Source: a bacterium (GTDB lineage Bacteria; SZUA-182; DTGQ01; JAFGSM01). Taken from it: a stretch of DNA of 28,056 bases. The notes under the pieces are model-generated. The model was not told the origin of the DNA. It ran no database searches and saw nothing but the letters and a program-made list of their open reading frames with translations. Shown in pieces: positions 16,801 through 25,462 of this stretch. The DNA lies in NCBI GenBank assembly GCA_049472335.1, contig JBLIRO010000066.1:1-28056 (forward strand). Direction: 5' to 3'. Position numbers and translations under genes: made by a program. Each line of letters begins with the position of its first letter. The stretch's first letter is position 1.

Positions 16801-19225
16801 ATAAAACGAGAAAACAGATCACTGCTTCCGGGAGGCCTAAAGTCAAAGAAAACAAAAAGATGACAACCAGCACGGGCAGAGACCATTTAGATTGAAAGAA
16901 TCCCTTTGCGGGGGGGATGACTGACTGAATAATCTTTTTAATCCTGCCTGTAAGAAAGGAAAATAATGCTTTAACCTGACGCCGCCACAAAAGGATCAAA
17001 AGGATCAATATTAGTATGACAAACCAGGCTATAGCCTTAAATAATGTCTCCCTGAAATAATGGATGCTGATCTCTAACTCCTCATCCCGCACTATATTCC
17101 TGGCAAAACGGTATAACTGTCCTGAAGCGGGGATTTGAATATTAATGGGGAGTATGCCTGTCCCTGTGTAAACACGGGTCTCTCCCTGAATCATTTTGTC
17201 CTCAATCTGATGTAATCGATTATCAAAATTGAATTCATTTATGGCCTGTTGGGACATAAATGAGCTGCTGATATCAATATTGCGGAAAGTAGTCTTCCCC
17301 CTCTTGCTCTCATAACTTTGCAGCCCGTCTTTTATCCTGGATTCGGGTTCCATCCTTCCGTGTTCATAGGAAATCCTTCCGGGCATGTCAACCCTGATCC
17401 GGTCCCGGCTCAGTATAGGCGTTAAGCCGCTTGCCAGTGTCTCCTTCTCCAGATTGGTCATGAACCTGTAATAGATATACCTCTCCGGCAGATAAACAGA
17501 CCATAGGACCTGGCTTATGACCAGATCGGTTTGGGGCAGGGTAATATGCCTCTGCCCCCAGAGATCGAACTTTTGGGATTCCGTATAATAGATAAGCTCT
17601 ACCTTAAAGGATTCAAGCTCATTGTTATGTTTCCGGGAGCTGATCAGGGGAATATAGATTTCATCCTTGTCCTGCCTTACTTCCACGCTCTCCTGACCGA
17701 CAACTGCACTCCATATGACAGCACCCTCAGGGAGCTTTAACCGTAGCGATTGCTTTAATTGATTTTTCATGGAATATTCCACTTTATTAATTACTAATCC
17801 CTCCTCGGTAAAAAAGCTGACCACACTCGCTGAATCAATAATGGCTTGAGGCAATGCGACCTTCTCATGCCTCTTAATATCCAGGACAAGATTATAGGGA
17901 TGCTTCAGATATCTGAATCCAAGGACTAAGGGATTGGCGGATTTATGAAATAACTCCCCGGATAATCTCTTAACCATCACCTTCTCCAGCCCTGAAGATT
18001 CTACAAGCACCAGCTCGGCGCCAGTTTTCAGCTCCACTCCAATATACCCCTTTTCTCCCATGCCATTGACGGTATCCAGGACCTTCAAACCTGCGAATTC
18101 AATCATGGTTGACTTATCAGGAAAGGATTTTTCCGCATTAACCGCTATCTTGAATCTGCCTTTTTGTTCATAGTCCAGGGGGATCAATAACAGCCTCTGG
18201 TCCTCCTCCGTCACCTCATACCAATCCCCGACCCCCGGGCCTGAAACCGATAATATTGTGACACCATCTGAAATGGCTAGTCTGAGACTGTCTACCCCGG
18301 ACTGTAAGACATTGTAAAAAACGTCCTGGGCGATCTTTAATCCGTCATCTTCCACAGAGATCAATTGATATGATTCTGCATATATCATTGCAGGGACCTC
18401 TTCTGCGCTCACTACCCTCTTCTTCCACTGTAAATCAAAAGACCGGCAGGCTGCCAATATTATCTTAACGGAGGTCTTACCATCTATCCTTTCTGTTTCG
18501 ATGTACTGGGCCGAGGCCATTTCAACCTCCACATCCGGCAGAGGCATTTCCAAATCGATCAAGGTAACCGGAATTTCCTGAATTGGAAACTGGAGGCTTT
18601 GAGGGCCTTTGTCCGGGGAAAACCTGACAGAAAATACCGCCCTCACCCTATATTCGCCAGGCTTATCAATGATCAGGCTGTGATACCCTCCCTCATTGAT
18701 AACCATTGCCGGGCGTTCATTGACTGTCATACCTTTTAAGGCTAAAGAAGCGGACAGGACAGGGATTTTCAAATAAGCATTCTCTTTTAATACAATCAGC
18801 GTAAAATCCGCTGTGAAATCAAAATCATCCACTCCCATGTTTCCGGTATAAAAGGCCCTGGTAAAAAGATAATCCCTGACAGGGACATCCTCATCCCCGG
18901 GCAGGTCCTTCATCCGATCTATAATCTTTTTAAATTCAGTGCGTGATAAAACAACCTTACCGTCGATTAGACGGTATTCAGGCCTGAAGTCAGGATTGGC
19001 CTGCCGCAGAAGTCTGTTTAGCTCTTCCATGGTTAGTATGATCTCATCCTTATCTATCTTCAGCAGGTCCTTAAATTCCTGCCATGGGAGAATTATCTCT
19101 GAGTCACAGCCTTTATCTTCATCTACTCTCTGATTCTTTGCGGCATGGGAATTACTCAGGAAATGGAATTGGAAAATAAGGATAACAGTGAGAAAAACTA
19201 CGAAAGAACTTATAAATTTTCTCAT
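13886..19225 (-). CDS. large membrane-anchored protein made of two homologous ~800-aa units
   Basis: Signal peptide (..SHA); duplicated motifs (LPWQEFK..IDKDEI / LDWNEFK..LDKDEI; GYIGVELK / GYLGLELK; YLKHPYNL twice; SGQLYRFA twice); TM clusters after each unit; Pro-rich linker near the C-terminus; AGGGGA RBS. Confidence 0.9.
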   Translation of the reverse strand: MRKFISSFVVFLTVILIFQFHFLSNSHAAKNQRVDEDKGCDSEIILPWQEFKDLLKIDKDEIILTMEELNRLLRQANPDFRPEYRLIDGKVVLSRTEFKKIIDRMKDLPGDEDVPVRDYLFTRAFYTGNMGVDDFDFTADFTLIVLKENAYLKIPVLSASLALKGMTVNERPAMVINEGGYHSLIIDKPGEYRVRAVFSVRFSPDKGPQSLQFPIQEIPVTLIDLEMPLPDVEVEMASAQYIETERIDGKTSVKIILAACRSFDLQWKKRVVSAEEVPAMIYAESYQLISVEDDGLKIAQDVFYNVLQSGVDSLRLAISDGVTILSVSGPGVGDWYEVTEEDQRLLLIPLDYEQKGRFKIAVNAEKSFPDKSTMIEFAGLKVLDTVNGMGEKGYIGVELKTGAELVLVESSGLEKVMVKRLSGELFHKSANPLVLGFRYLKHPYNLVLDIKRHEKVALPQAIIDSASVVSFFTEEGLVINKVEYSMKNQLKQSLRLKLPEGAVIWSAVVGQESVEVRQDKDEIYIPLISSRKHNNELESFKVELIYYTESQKFDLWGQRHITLPQTDLVISQVLWSVYLPERYIYYRFMTNLEKETLASGLTPILSRDRIRVDMPGRISYEHGRMEPESRIKDGLQSYESKRGKTTFRNIDISSSFMSQQAINEFNFDNRLHQIEDKMIQGETRVYTGTGILPINIQIPASGQLYRFARNIVRDEELEISIHYFRETLFKAIAWFVILILILLILLWRRQVKALFSFLTGRIKKIIQSVIPPAKGFFQSKWSLPVLVVIFLFSLTLGLPEAVICFLVLWITAMIHLDKRIKRSRSKVNLKSLIILLLVFSAFMLRMQIPSAYSQDNAQHQESRVTLDWNEFKRQIALDKDEISLSWDEFQKIVNQTAKVARPVYTIQNGNVLLSREQFDNLLGEMILPEDEIPVPIDYRLTKAVYNGRMSKEWTTVTADFILEVLDRKRYKLIPFLSSQLGLQEVEINDKPALLITDGGYHKLIVKDRGSYRVKAVFYKKSSLNEANYQFSIPVLETSITLLELDIPLEDIAVKVPDAQQVNVLTREASTRISAIFPPVSNLTIQWYSRKVAPEVRKVPARIYAQSYNLVSIDDDALKVSMDMECNILHAGIDELELLIPEGFNVLSVSGQGVGEWRERREDSQRVLHISLDYEYKGILGLTIEYEKTLLEATNRFSFSTLQVLDAVKDIGYLGLELKSSAEVNIVKHEGLEKIAVQKLPKNLFERSLKPLIFGFKYLKHPYNLELDIRRHPKVPVTMAVIDAANAVSFFTGDGKIVHRIIYEVRNQLKQFLKIRLPEDAELWSVFVGDKPSEPVREKDLLYIPLIRSTEEGQRLRPFKVEIVYYQKTGPFTTYGQRSVSLPGVTEIMVSKILWSLYLPKDYDFLYFSGTLEKERLARGIRPIMGCSYPAFKRSHRLYSVMPEGTVEQPAEFFDEEGRAVGGEDKKEWSLEEEEKAGFQKFKLYKKDMMRQQAIEKGFVPRPEKIPEPQKPTTPVSTDSERIVSGYDTAVMSIPISIPVSGQLYRFAKTVVRQEPLVINMVYTREWIMSVIGWFILLVIVCILFALRKRLYGLGKHLQRASHYIGNGFTKLRLMTGKMFNSALTPLILAGFVIAAFFTCHFLLAFFILLAGLCVVIHQRAYWFTGLTKDEKPSIPKKEVPPKTTTQETPPPEIPSHETPPPETRVQPKKKGWLRGILLSLGAIIFVLGCIFFIITSRGRYRNYHIIFLAGMFAILYYTVLFGWWLIKLLISIIRRRRGL

Positions 19226-19568
19226 GGTTGTTTTCCCCTATCATTGATGAGTAAAAATTTCGGGATTACAATCAATCTCTCCCAGGAAACCATCTTTAAA
19301 CTTCTGGTCTGATATAGCCCTCTACCTCCATTAGTTTTATTTCAAAAAATTGATAAAATCAAATACTAATAGATTATACTAATAGAGATTGATAGATCAA
19401 AATACAGTTTTAGATATTTGTTATATTCAATCATTAGTGTAATTATAGTTTTTTTTCATGATTAGAATTGCTGGTATTTATTAAAATTAATGATAAAATA
19501 ATAAAGATATTTATTGGACCATGGCAAAGGATGATCCATAGGACCCATAAAAGATAAAAAAACAGATT

Positions 19569-20441
19569 ATGCCTGCAACCATCGCAATTTGCAATGTAAT
19601 CATCATTGCATTAACCACATACCTTTCCTGGAAGGGATTCAAATCACCTGAATTTCAGGAAAGGTATCTTTTCAGTACAACACACATTCTCGATCATAAC
19701 CAATATTACCGGCTTATCTCAAGCGGATTCCTTCACACCAACTGGATACATTTGCTCTTCAATATGTTTAGTCTTTATTCTTTTGGTAGCCATATCGAGA
19801 TTATCTTTGGGATTCATAAATTTTTCATAATATATTTCGTAAGCATTCTGGGTGGTAATATTGTTTCCCTCTATTTCCACCGGAACCATTATTATCAAGC
19901 TCTTGGCGCCTCCGGAGGTGTATGTGGAATAATCTTTGCTGCTATTTTCCTTCTGCCGGGCGGGGGAGTATATATTTTTCCTGTTCCTTTTCCTATTCCC
20001 TCATATCTATATGCGATATTATTTGTTTTAATATCTTTTTCCGGAATGTGGAGTCAAACCGGAAACATCGGACATGATGCCCATCTTGGAGGAGCTATTG
20101 TTGGACTCCTTACAACAACCATGTTGTATCCGTTTATCATTCAAAAGAGTCCATTGCTTTACTTTGCCGTCATGGGCATTGCCGTTTTGCTCTTTTTCTA
20201 TACATACAAATATCCCCTTTATTTCCAAAAGACAAATCCGCTCAATCCTGCTGATTGGCGCTACATCCTGACAGACATCAAGACCTCTCTTAAGGAGAAA
20301 AGGCGTATTTCGAGCGAGCAGCTACTTGACCGCATATTGGACAAGATATCCAGATCAGGCATAGACAGTTTGACAGCATCTGAGAAAAAGCTGCTGAAAA
20401 AGATCTCGCAAAGAATGAGAAAATCCGGGAAGATGCATTAA
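19569..20441 (+). CDS. rhomboid family intramembrane serine protease with a C-terminal DUF6576-like tail
   Basis: YRLISSGFLH..WIHLLFNM, GASG catalytic Ser motif, AHLGG catalytic His motif, about 7 TM segments; tail LDRILDKISRSGIDSLT.SEKKLL. Confidence 0.93.
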   Translation: MPATIAICNVIIIALTTYLSWKGFKSPEFQERYLFSTTHILDHNQYYRLISSGFLHTNWIHLLFNMFSLYSFGSHIEIIFGIHKFFIIYFVSILGGNIVSLYFHRNHYYQALGASGGVCGIIFAAIFLLPGGGVYIFPVPFPIPSYLYAILFVLISFSGMWSQTGNIGHDAHLGGAIVGLLTTTMLYPFIIQKSPLLYFAVMGIAVLLFFYTYKYPLYFQKTNPLNPADWRYILTDIKTSLKEKRRISSEQLLDRILDKISRSGIDSLTASEKKLLKKISQRMRKSGKMH

Positions 20442-20609
20442 TCGCTACTATCGAGACCGGGCAGATACTTTGCTGAGCGGTTCTCAAGGTTGTTCAGCTT
20501 TCCTCGATTATGGTGAACGAGGTAAAATCCATAAAAGAGATATCAAGATTGTCTCAGTATTTTTTCCTTAATCTCCAGGCCCCCATCATGACATCCTTAT
20601 TCATTCATT

Positions 20610-22619
20610 CTAATCAAACAGTTCTTTTATCTTGACATCATCAATCATCCATCCATCAGCTTGAGAGGAACTATTTGCACGCAGTCTGAACCTTATCAAT
20701 ATGGGGACGGTTTTATAAGCACTAAGGTCTATGCGTATAAAAGACCAATTAGTCTGACAATAATTATTGAAATCCTTTATTATGATCCATGTAATTCCCC
20801 CATCTTCAGATATTTCTATATATCCATGGTCATATTGGTGATAAAGGCATATCTTATGACATAGATCCAATACAGGGGATTCGGTATCGAAAAGATCAAT
20901 CGGATGTGCCAAGATCAATTGAGAATTGGCATTGGAAGGATAATTCCCACCTGGGCTCTCATTCACAGAATGATTGGGATTGCAGTAATCATCATCTATT
21001 ATAGTCCAGCTATCACACCCTGCACGCCAATTACCAAGTCCGTTTTCAAAGTTATCATAAAACGGGAATGACAGGGTCTGTGTGTCTTTCTCACATATCC
21101 TGACATCGTCAATCGTCCATCCGTCAGCTTGAGAAGAACTGTTTGCACGCAGCCTGAACCGTATCAATATGGGTGTGGTCTTATAAGCACTAAGGTCTAT
21201 CCGCACCAGGGACCATGTGGACTGATATCTATCGGTAAAATTTGCTAATATATCCCAGGTAATCCCTCCATCTTCAGAGATTTCCACATATCCGTGATCA
21301 TATTGATGATAGAGCAATATCTTGTGCCAGAAGCTCAATATGGGAGATAAACTGGAAGAAAGATCAATGGGATGTGACAGGATAAGCTGAGAATTGGCAT
21401 TGGGAGGGTAATTCCCATCCGGGCTCTCACATACAGAACTCGGATTGCAATAATCAGAATTCATTATTGCCCAGCTATCACACCCTGCAAGCCAATTACC
21501 GAGTCCGTTTTCAAAGTTATCATAAAACGGAAATGACAGGGTCTGTGTGTCTTTCTCACATATCCTGACATCATCAATCGTCCATCCGTCGGCTTGAGAG
21601 GAACTATTTGCACGCAGTCTGAACCGTATTAATATATGTGTGGTCTTATAAGCGCTAAGGTCTATCCGCACCTGGGACCATGTGGACTGATATCTATCGG
21701 TAAAATCTGCTAATACATCCCAAGTAAGCCCTCCATCTTCGGAGATTTCCACATATCCGTGATCATATTGATGATAAAGGAATACCTTGTGCCAGAAGCT
21801 CAATACAGGCACAGAGCTATTCGATAAATCAATCGGTTTTCTCATTATCATTTCAGAATTTGCATTGGGAGGGTAATCCCCATCCGGGCTATCAGTGACA
21901 GAATTAGGATTGCAGTAGTCAGTTTCTATTATTGCCCAATCCGAACCGCTAACTATCCATTTCCCGAGTCCATCCTCGAAGTCATCTGAAAAATAACACG
22001 TATCACAAATTCCGTAAACTTTTAACTCTGTTTGATCAATTATATTACTAAGAAGTATCCAATATCCTTCAGACGGATTAAGCCTCCCTGATTCAGTAAC
22101 ACGCTGATATCCTTGACCTTGGACATATCGGTATATTACCACAATACTCCCATCATCCATGGAAGCTTCTGCAGGACAAATACATCCGCCGATTAATTCC
22201 CATCCTTTTTCATCTATAGTCCAGGTATATTCTTTTATCGACTGGCCAGTAATCGTATAATTCTGAGCCTGATTCAATAATACCCAATAACCCCTTCCAC
22301 ACTCTAACTCCTGTACTCGCACATACCCTTTTCCTTTTTCATAACCGTACACAACCACTGCATCAGGAAATAATGAGGAGACAGAGTTATTATCCGTGCA
22401 CAACGGCAGTGAAATCAGGCTCCAGCCCGCCTGAAGATTCATAGTAAAGCTCGTCATTTCATCTGGAATTATTTTGATTGGATTAGACTCGGAATCTTCA
22501 TTTTCAAAACTTTCTATTATGGTCGTTCCGGCAATGCACTTACCATCTTCGAAATTATGTCCGATTATTAATATTAAAACAACTAAAAAACCAATGATAA
22601 CAATGCATTTATGCTTCAT
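20610..22619 (-). CDS. exported protein: N-terminal GW/GYW module followed by three MAM-like / cleaved-adhesin-like jelly-roll domains
   Basis: AAGGAGG RBS favours the ATG at 22619 over 22670; hydrophobic N-terminus; three ~155-aa repeats F.D.FE.GLG.W...SPDG.YP.NANS...IDLS...LSFWH...VEISEDGG.TW...IDLSAY...IRFR...DGW.IDDV. Confidence 0.88.
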   Translation of the reverse strand: MKHKCIVIIGFLVVLILIIGHNFEDGKCIAGTTIIESFENEDSESNPIKIIPDEMTSFTMNLQAGWSLISLPLCTDNNSVSSLFPDAVVVYGYEKGKGYVRVQELECGRGYWVLLNQAQNYTITGQSIKEYTWTIDEKGWELIGGCICPAEASMDDGSIVVIYRYVQGQGYQRVTESGRLNPSEGYWILLSNIIDQTELKVYGICDTCYFSDDFEDGLGKWIVSGSDWAIIETDYCNPNSVTDSPDGDYPPNANSEMIMRKPIDLSNSSVPVLSFWHKVFLYHQYDHGYVEISEDGGLTWDVLADFTDRYQSTWSQVRIDLSAYKTTHILIRFRLRANSSSQADGWTIDDVRICEKDTQTLSFPFYDNFENGLGNWLAGCDSWAIMNSDYCNPSSVCESPDGNYPPNANSQLILSHPIDLSSSLSPILSFWHKILLYHQYDHGYVEISEDGGITWDILANFTDRYQSTWSLVRIDLSAYKTTPILIRFRLRANSSSQADGWTIDDVRICEKDTQTLSFPFYDNFENGLGNWRAGCDSWTIIDDDYCNPNHSVNESPGGNYPSNANSQLILAHPIDLFDTESPVLDLCHKICLYHQYDHGYIEISEDGGITWIIIKDFNNYCQTNWSFIRIDLSAYKTVPILIRFRLRANSSSQADGWMIDDVKIKELFD
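20613..21996 (-). repeat. three highly similar intragenic DNA repeats (periods 465 and 468 bp)
   Basis: The anchor CACGCAG[TC]CTGAACC occurs at 20678, 21146 and 21611, with long near-identical stretches between copies. Confidence 0.92.
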
Positions 22620-22874
22620 TTTCCAATTACCTCCTTTGAAGAATTTGGATATTATTTTCCCGCAAATCATATGGCCTTGTTATAAGTATGATTTTTCTAT
22701 CACCCGAAGTTTAATGTACAGGTCCGGTTAAGATGCTATTAGCTTTTAATATTTAATAATCCCTTATTTAAGCAAAGGGCCGAGATAAGTATTGAATTAA
22801 GATTAATAGTAAAATATTTGAAAAATCTAAGATGAGAAATTTTTTAAATTAATAATTATATAACTTATGAAATA

Positions 22875-22903
22875 AAAATATCATATTAATATTAATTTGT
22901 CAA
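22875..22903 (-). promoter_or_regulatory. putative sigma70 promoter for 20610..22619
   Basis: Minus strand TTGACA (22903-22898), N17, TATTTT preceded by TGn. The AT-rich context lowers specificity. Confidence 0.35.
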
Positions 22904-23241
22904 TAATGTCATTAACTCTCAAAATTAAAGATCAATTTTTGTATTAAACAAATTACATAGAGATACATAAATACTTTCCACTCCTACTTTGTTCCGCGAC
23001 TCATATTAGAAAATGTAACAACTGGAGGGATTTCTGATTTGACCACAGATTTAAGTTTAAGTTAGGCATTACGCATTTAGTAATAACCTTTTTAAAGGGT
23101 CGAATAATACGATTTAAGCCTTAACTTAATGACATCCAGGTTATTATTATCAAAAGCAGCGTTAGAGTAATATAAACAGCTTAAATTAAATAATCATTTA
23201 ACAAAAATTTAAACTAAGATAAAGATTGGCCGTATCTGCTC

Positions 23242-24939
23242 TTACGGCATAGAGCTGGAAATATTTAACTCAGCCTGATTTACAATATCTTTTAACATTA
23301 TCCAGTAGCCTTTACCAGGCTCAATATCCTCAAATTCAAGCATCCTCTGATATCCTGATCCTATGTCATACCTGTAGATAACTTTAATATTGCAGCCGTT
23401 TGTGATTGCCTCAGCAGGATATGTACAACCACCTATCATTTCCCATCCATCCTCGTGGACTTGAAGAGTATACTCATCAATAGACTGACCTGTTAATGTA
23501 TATTTGCGTGCATCATTTAAAAGTATCCAATATCCTTTCCCGATCTTCAGGGCCTCTCCATCTGCCACACGGGTATACCCCGCTCCCCTTGCATAACCAT
23601 AAACAACCACTGCGCCAGGGAATAATCCAGACAATTTGAGGCTATCAGGCTCTACCGGGAGTGAAATCATGCTCCAGCCTTCAGGCAGGTTTAACTCAAT
23701 GGTTACATCAGGCAAATAAAATTCATAAGCCCCCATATCACACCGGACCGTACCATCTCCATTACCGTCAATAGGTCTTGAGTAGGAATCTATATCCTCG
23801 TCAGGCGCGTCTGAATTTGTGCCCGTATCAATACAAGGTGAATCAGAAGAGAGACGAACATCGATCGGTCCATCCACGAATCGAGGATTGGCATTAATAT
23901 TATTATAACCCGGGCCTGAATACCCACCGTCAATATCGGAATATCTGACATACCGCCAATCAGTACTTGAATAATCAAAAGCTAATTCATCCGGGCTGTC
24001 TCCCCAGAAGATACAGTTCGTGATACGAGGACCTCCGGTGTTTGCGTAAAGGGCGCCACCAGAAAAATTCGACTCATTCTGGGTGAATGTACAGTTTTTA
24101 ATATAGGGATACGCCATATGGTAGGCAATGGCGCCACCATGACTCTCGGAGGTGTTCAGGTGAAATATACAATTTGTAATAGTGCCGTAGCATAAATAAT
24201 CACTGCAGATAGCCCCACCTCCCCAAGAACCCGGGGATGTTGAAAGGTTTCCTTTAAACCGGCATTTTTCGATAGTTGGTGAAGAATTCCAATTTTGAAT
24301 GCCACCACCCCCCGGGCTGGAGTTTCCTATAAAAACACAATTCTGGATAAGAGGATCGGATTGATGATCGTAGATGCCGCCTCCCCTCACCTCAGCATTA
24401 TTATATTCAAAACTACAATTCCTTATCTTAGCAACGTGGGAAAACTGAGGGAACGTACATTCTATAGGAGGACTATCTATATAAATACCACCGCCGTTTT
24501 CACCTACAGCTTTTCCCCTATAAATAATAAATCCATCTATAATAGCAGGCGCTGTAACGTACAAACAACGCACGGAATTTTTACCATATATTATAGTTCT
24601 ATTATTTGTCCAATCCCGGTCTCCGGATTTTTGCTCTGTGCCATTGAAACCGCCATAGATTGTGACATACTTGCTAACATTAATCTGCTCGGAGAGCGAA
24701 TAAGTACCTCTTTTAACCCATATCTCATCAGTAGGAGACATACATATCACCCACATACTTGAACAATTATTTAGTGCGGTCTGTATATTCTTAAAGGCGT
24801 GTGCCCAGCTCTTTCCATCGCCTCCGGGGGAAGCAAGTGAATCTACATACCAACGGGCACTCTGGGCAGGAGCAGTGAAAAAAAATATCGAAAGAAAAAA
24901 CAAAAAGCCAATAAAAATTTTATTATTCAATTTTTCCAT
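23242..24939 (-). CDS. secreted right-handed beta-helix protein with a choice-of-anchor Q-like domain and a C-terminal GW/GYW module
   Basis: Signal peptide (..AQS/A); WYVD...GDGKSWAHAFKNIQTAL; GGGI / NC.F..N repeats; NINANPRFVD...LSSDSPCIDTG...DIDSYSRP.DGNGDG...DMGAYE; GAGGAGG RBS. Confidence 0.9.
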   Translation of the reverse strand: MEKLNNKIFIGFLFFLSIFFFTAPAQSARWYVDSLASPGGDGKSWAHAFKNIQTALNNCSSMWVICMSPTDEIWVKRGTYSLSEQINVSKYVTIYGGFNGTEQKSGDRDWTNNRTIIYGKNSVRCLYVTAPAIIDGFIIYRGKAVGENGGGIYIDSPPIECTFPQFSHVAKIRNCSFEYNNAEVRGGGIYDHQSDPLIQNCVFIGNSSPGGGGIQNWNSSPTIEKCRFKGNLSTSPGSWGGGAICSDYLCYGTITNCIFHLNTSESHGGAIAYHMAYPYIKNCTFTQNESNFSGGALYANTGGPRITNCIFWGDSPDELAFDYSSTDWRYVRYSDIDGGYSGPGYNNINANPRFVDGPIDVRLSSDSPCIDTGTNSDAPDEDIDSYSRPIDGNGDGTVRCDMGAYEFYLPDVTIELNLPEGWSMISLPVEPDSLKLSGLFPGAVVVYGYARGAGYTRVADGEALKIGKGYWILLNDARKYTLTGQSIDEYTLQVHEDGWEMIGGCTYPAEAITNGCNIKVIYRYDIGSGYQRMLEFEDIEPGKGYWIMLKDIVNQAELNISSSMP

Positions 24940-25128
24940 TTTTCCTTCGTCCTCCTCAAACTAAACCAAAGCCTATGGTCACATTATCACAATTGCCAGA
25001 TTATAATTGATTTCCAAAATGGATGTCTGTTATTTTTCGCCTTATTTTACAATAGCTTTGGTTATAAATTTATAGATTATAAGAAGTTACTTTGGTTATG
25101 GTTATAAGAAGTAGCATTCCTGGATAAA

Positions 25129-25158
25129 AGTATAAGCAGAACTTTTAATTTTTGTCAA
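25129..25158 (-). promoter_or_regulatory. putative sigma70 promoter for 23242..24939
   Basis: Minus strand TTGACA (25158-25153), N18, TATACT (25134-25129). Confidence 0.45.
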
Positions 25159-25462
25159 GACAAATATTCAAAGATAATATAGCAGAAAATGAAAATAACT
25201 GGGGACGTGAATAGAAATTCCATAAATGAATATATATTGAAAGGTTTTTTATTCTATTCGCCTCTATTTTTTTATTGGAATATGAGAACGTATAAACCAT
25301 CTAATCAACTATTATTCAAAAAGTCTTAATCTATATTTCAAGACCCGACAAACCCTTTAATGGGGGACCTCGCGAGCTATAAAAAAGTAGTATACATCTG
25401 TTAAAAAACTAAAATGTTACCATATTTTTTAATCGACCAAGATCCCCTTTTGTGAAAAAGAA

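Noticed and set aside
20613..21996. Near-identical repeats as a DGR template/variable pair
   Set aside because: They are in-frame coding domain repeats, I saw no adenine-specific pattern in the differences, and there is no reverse transcriptase in the window.
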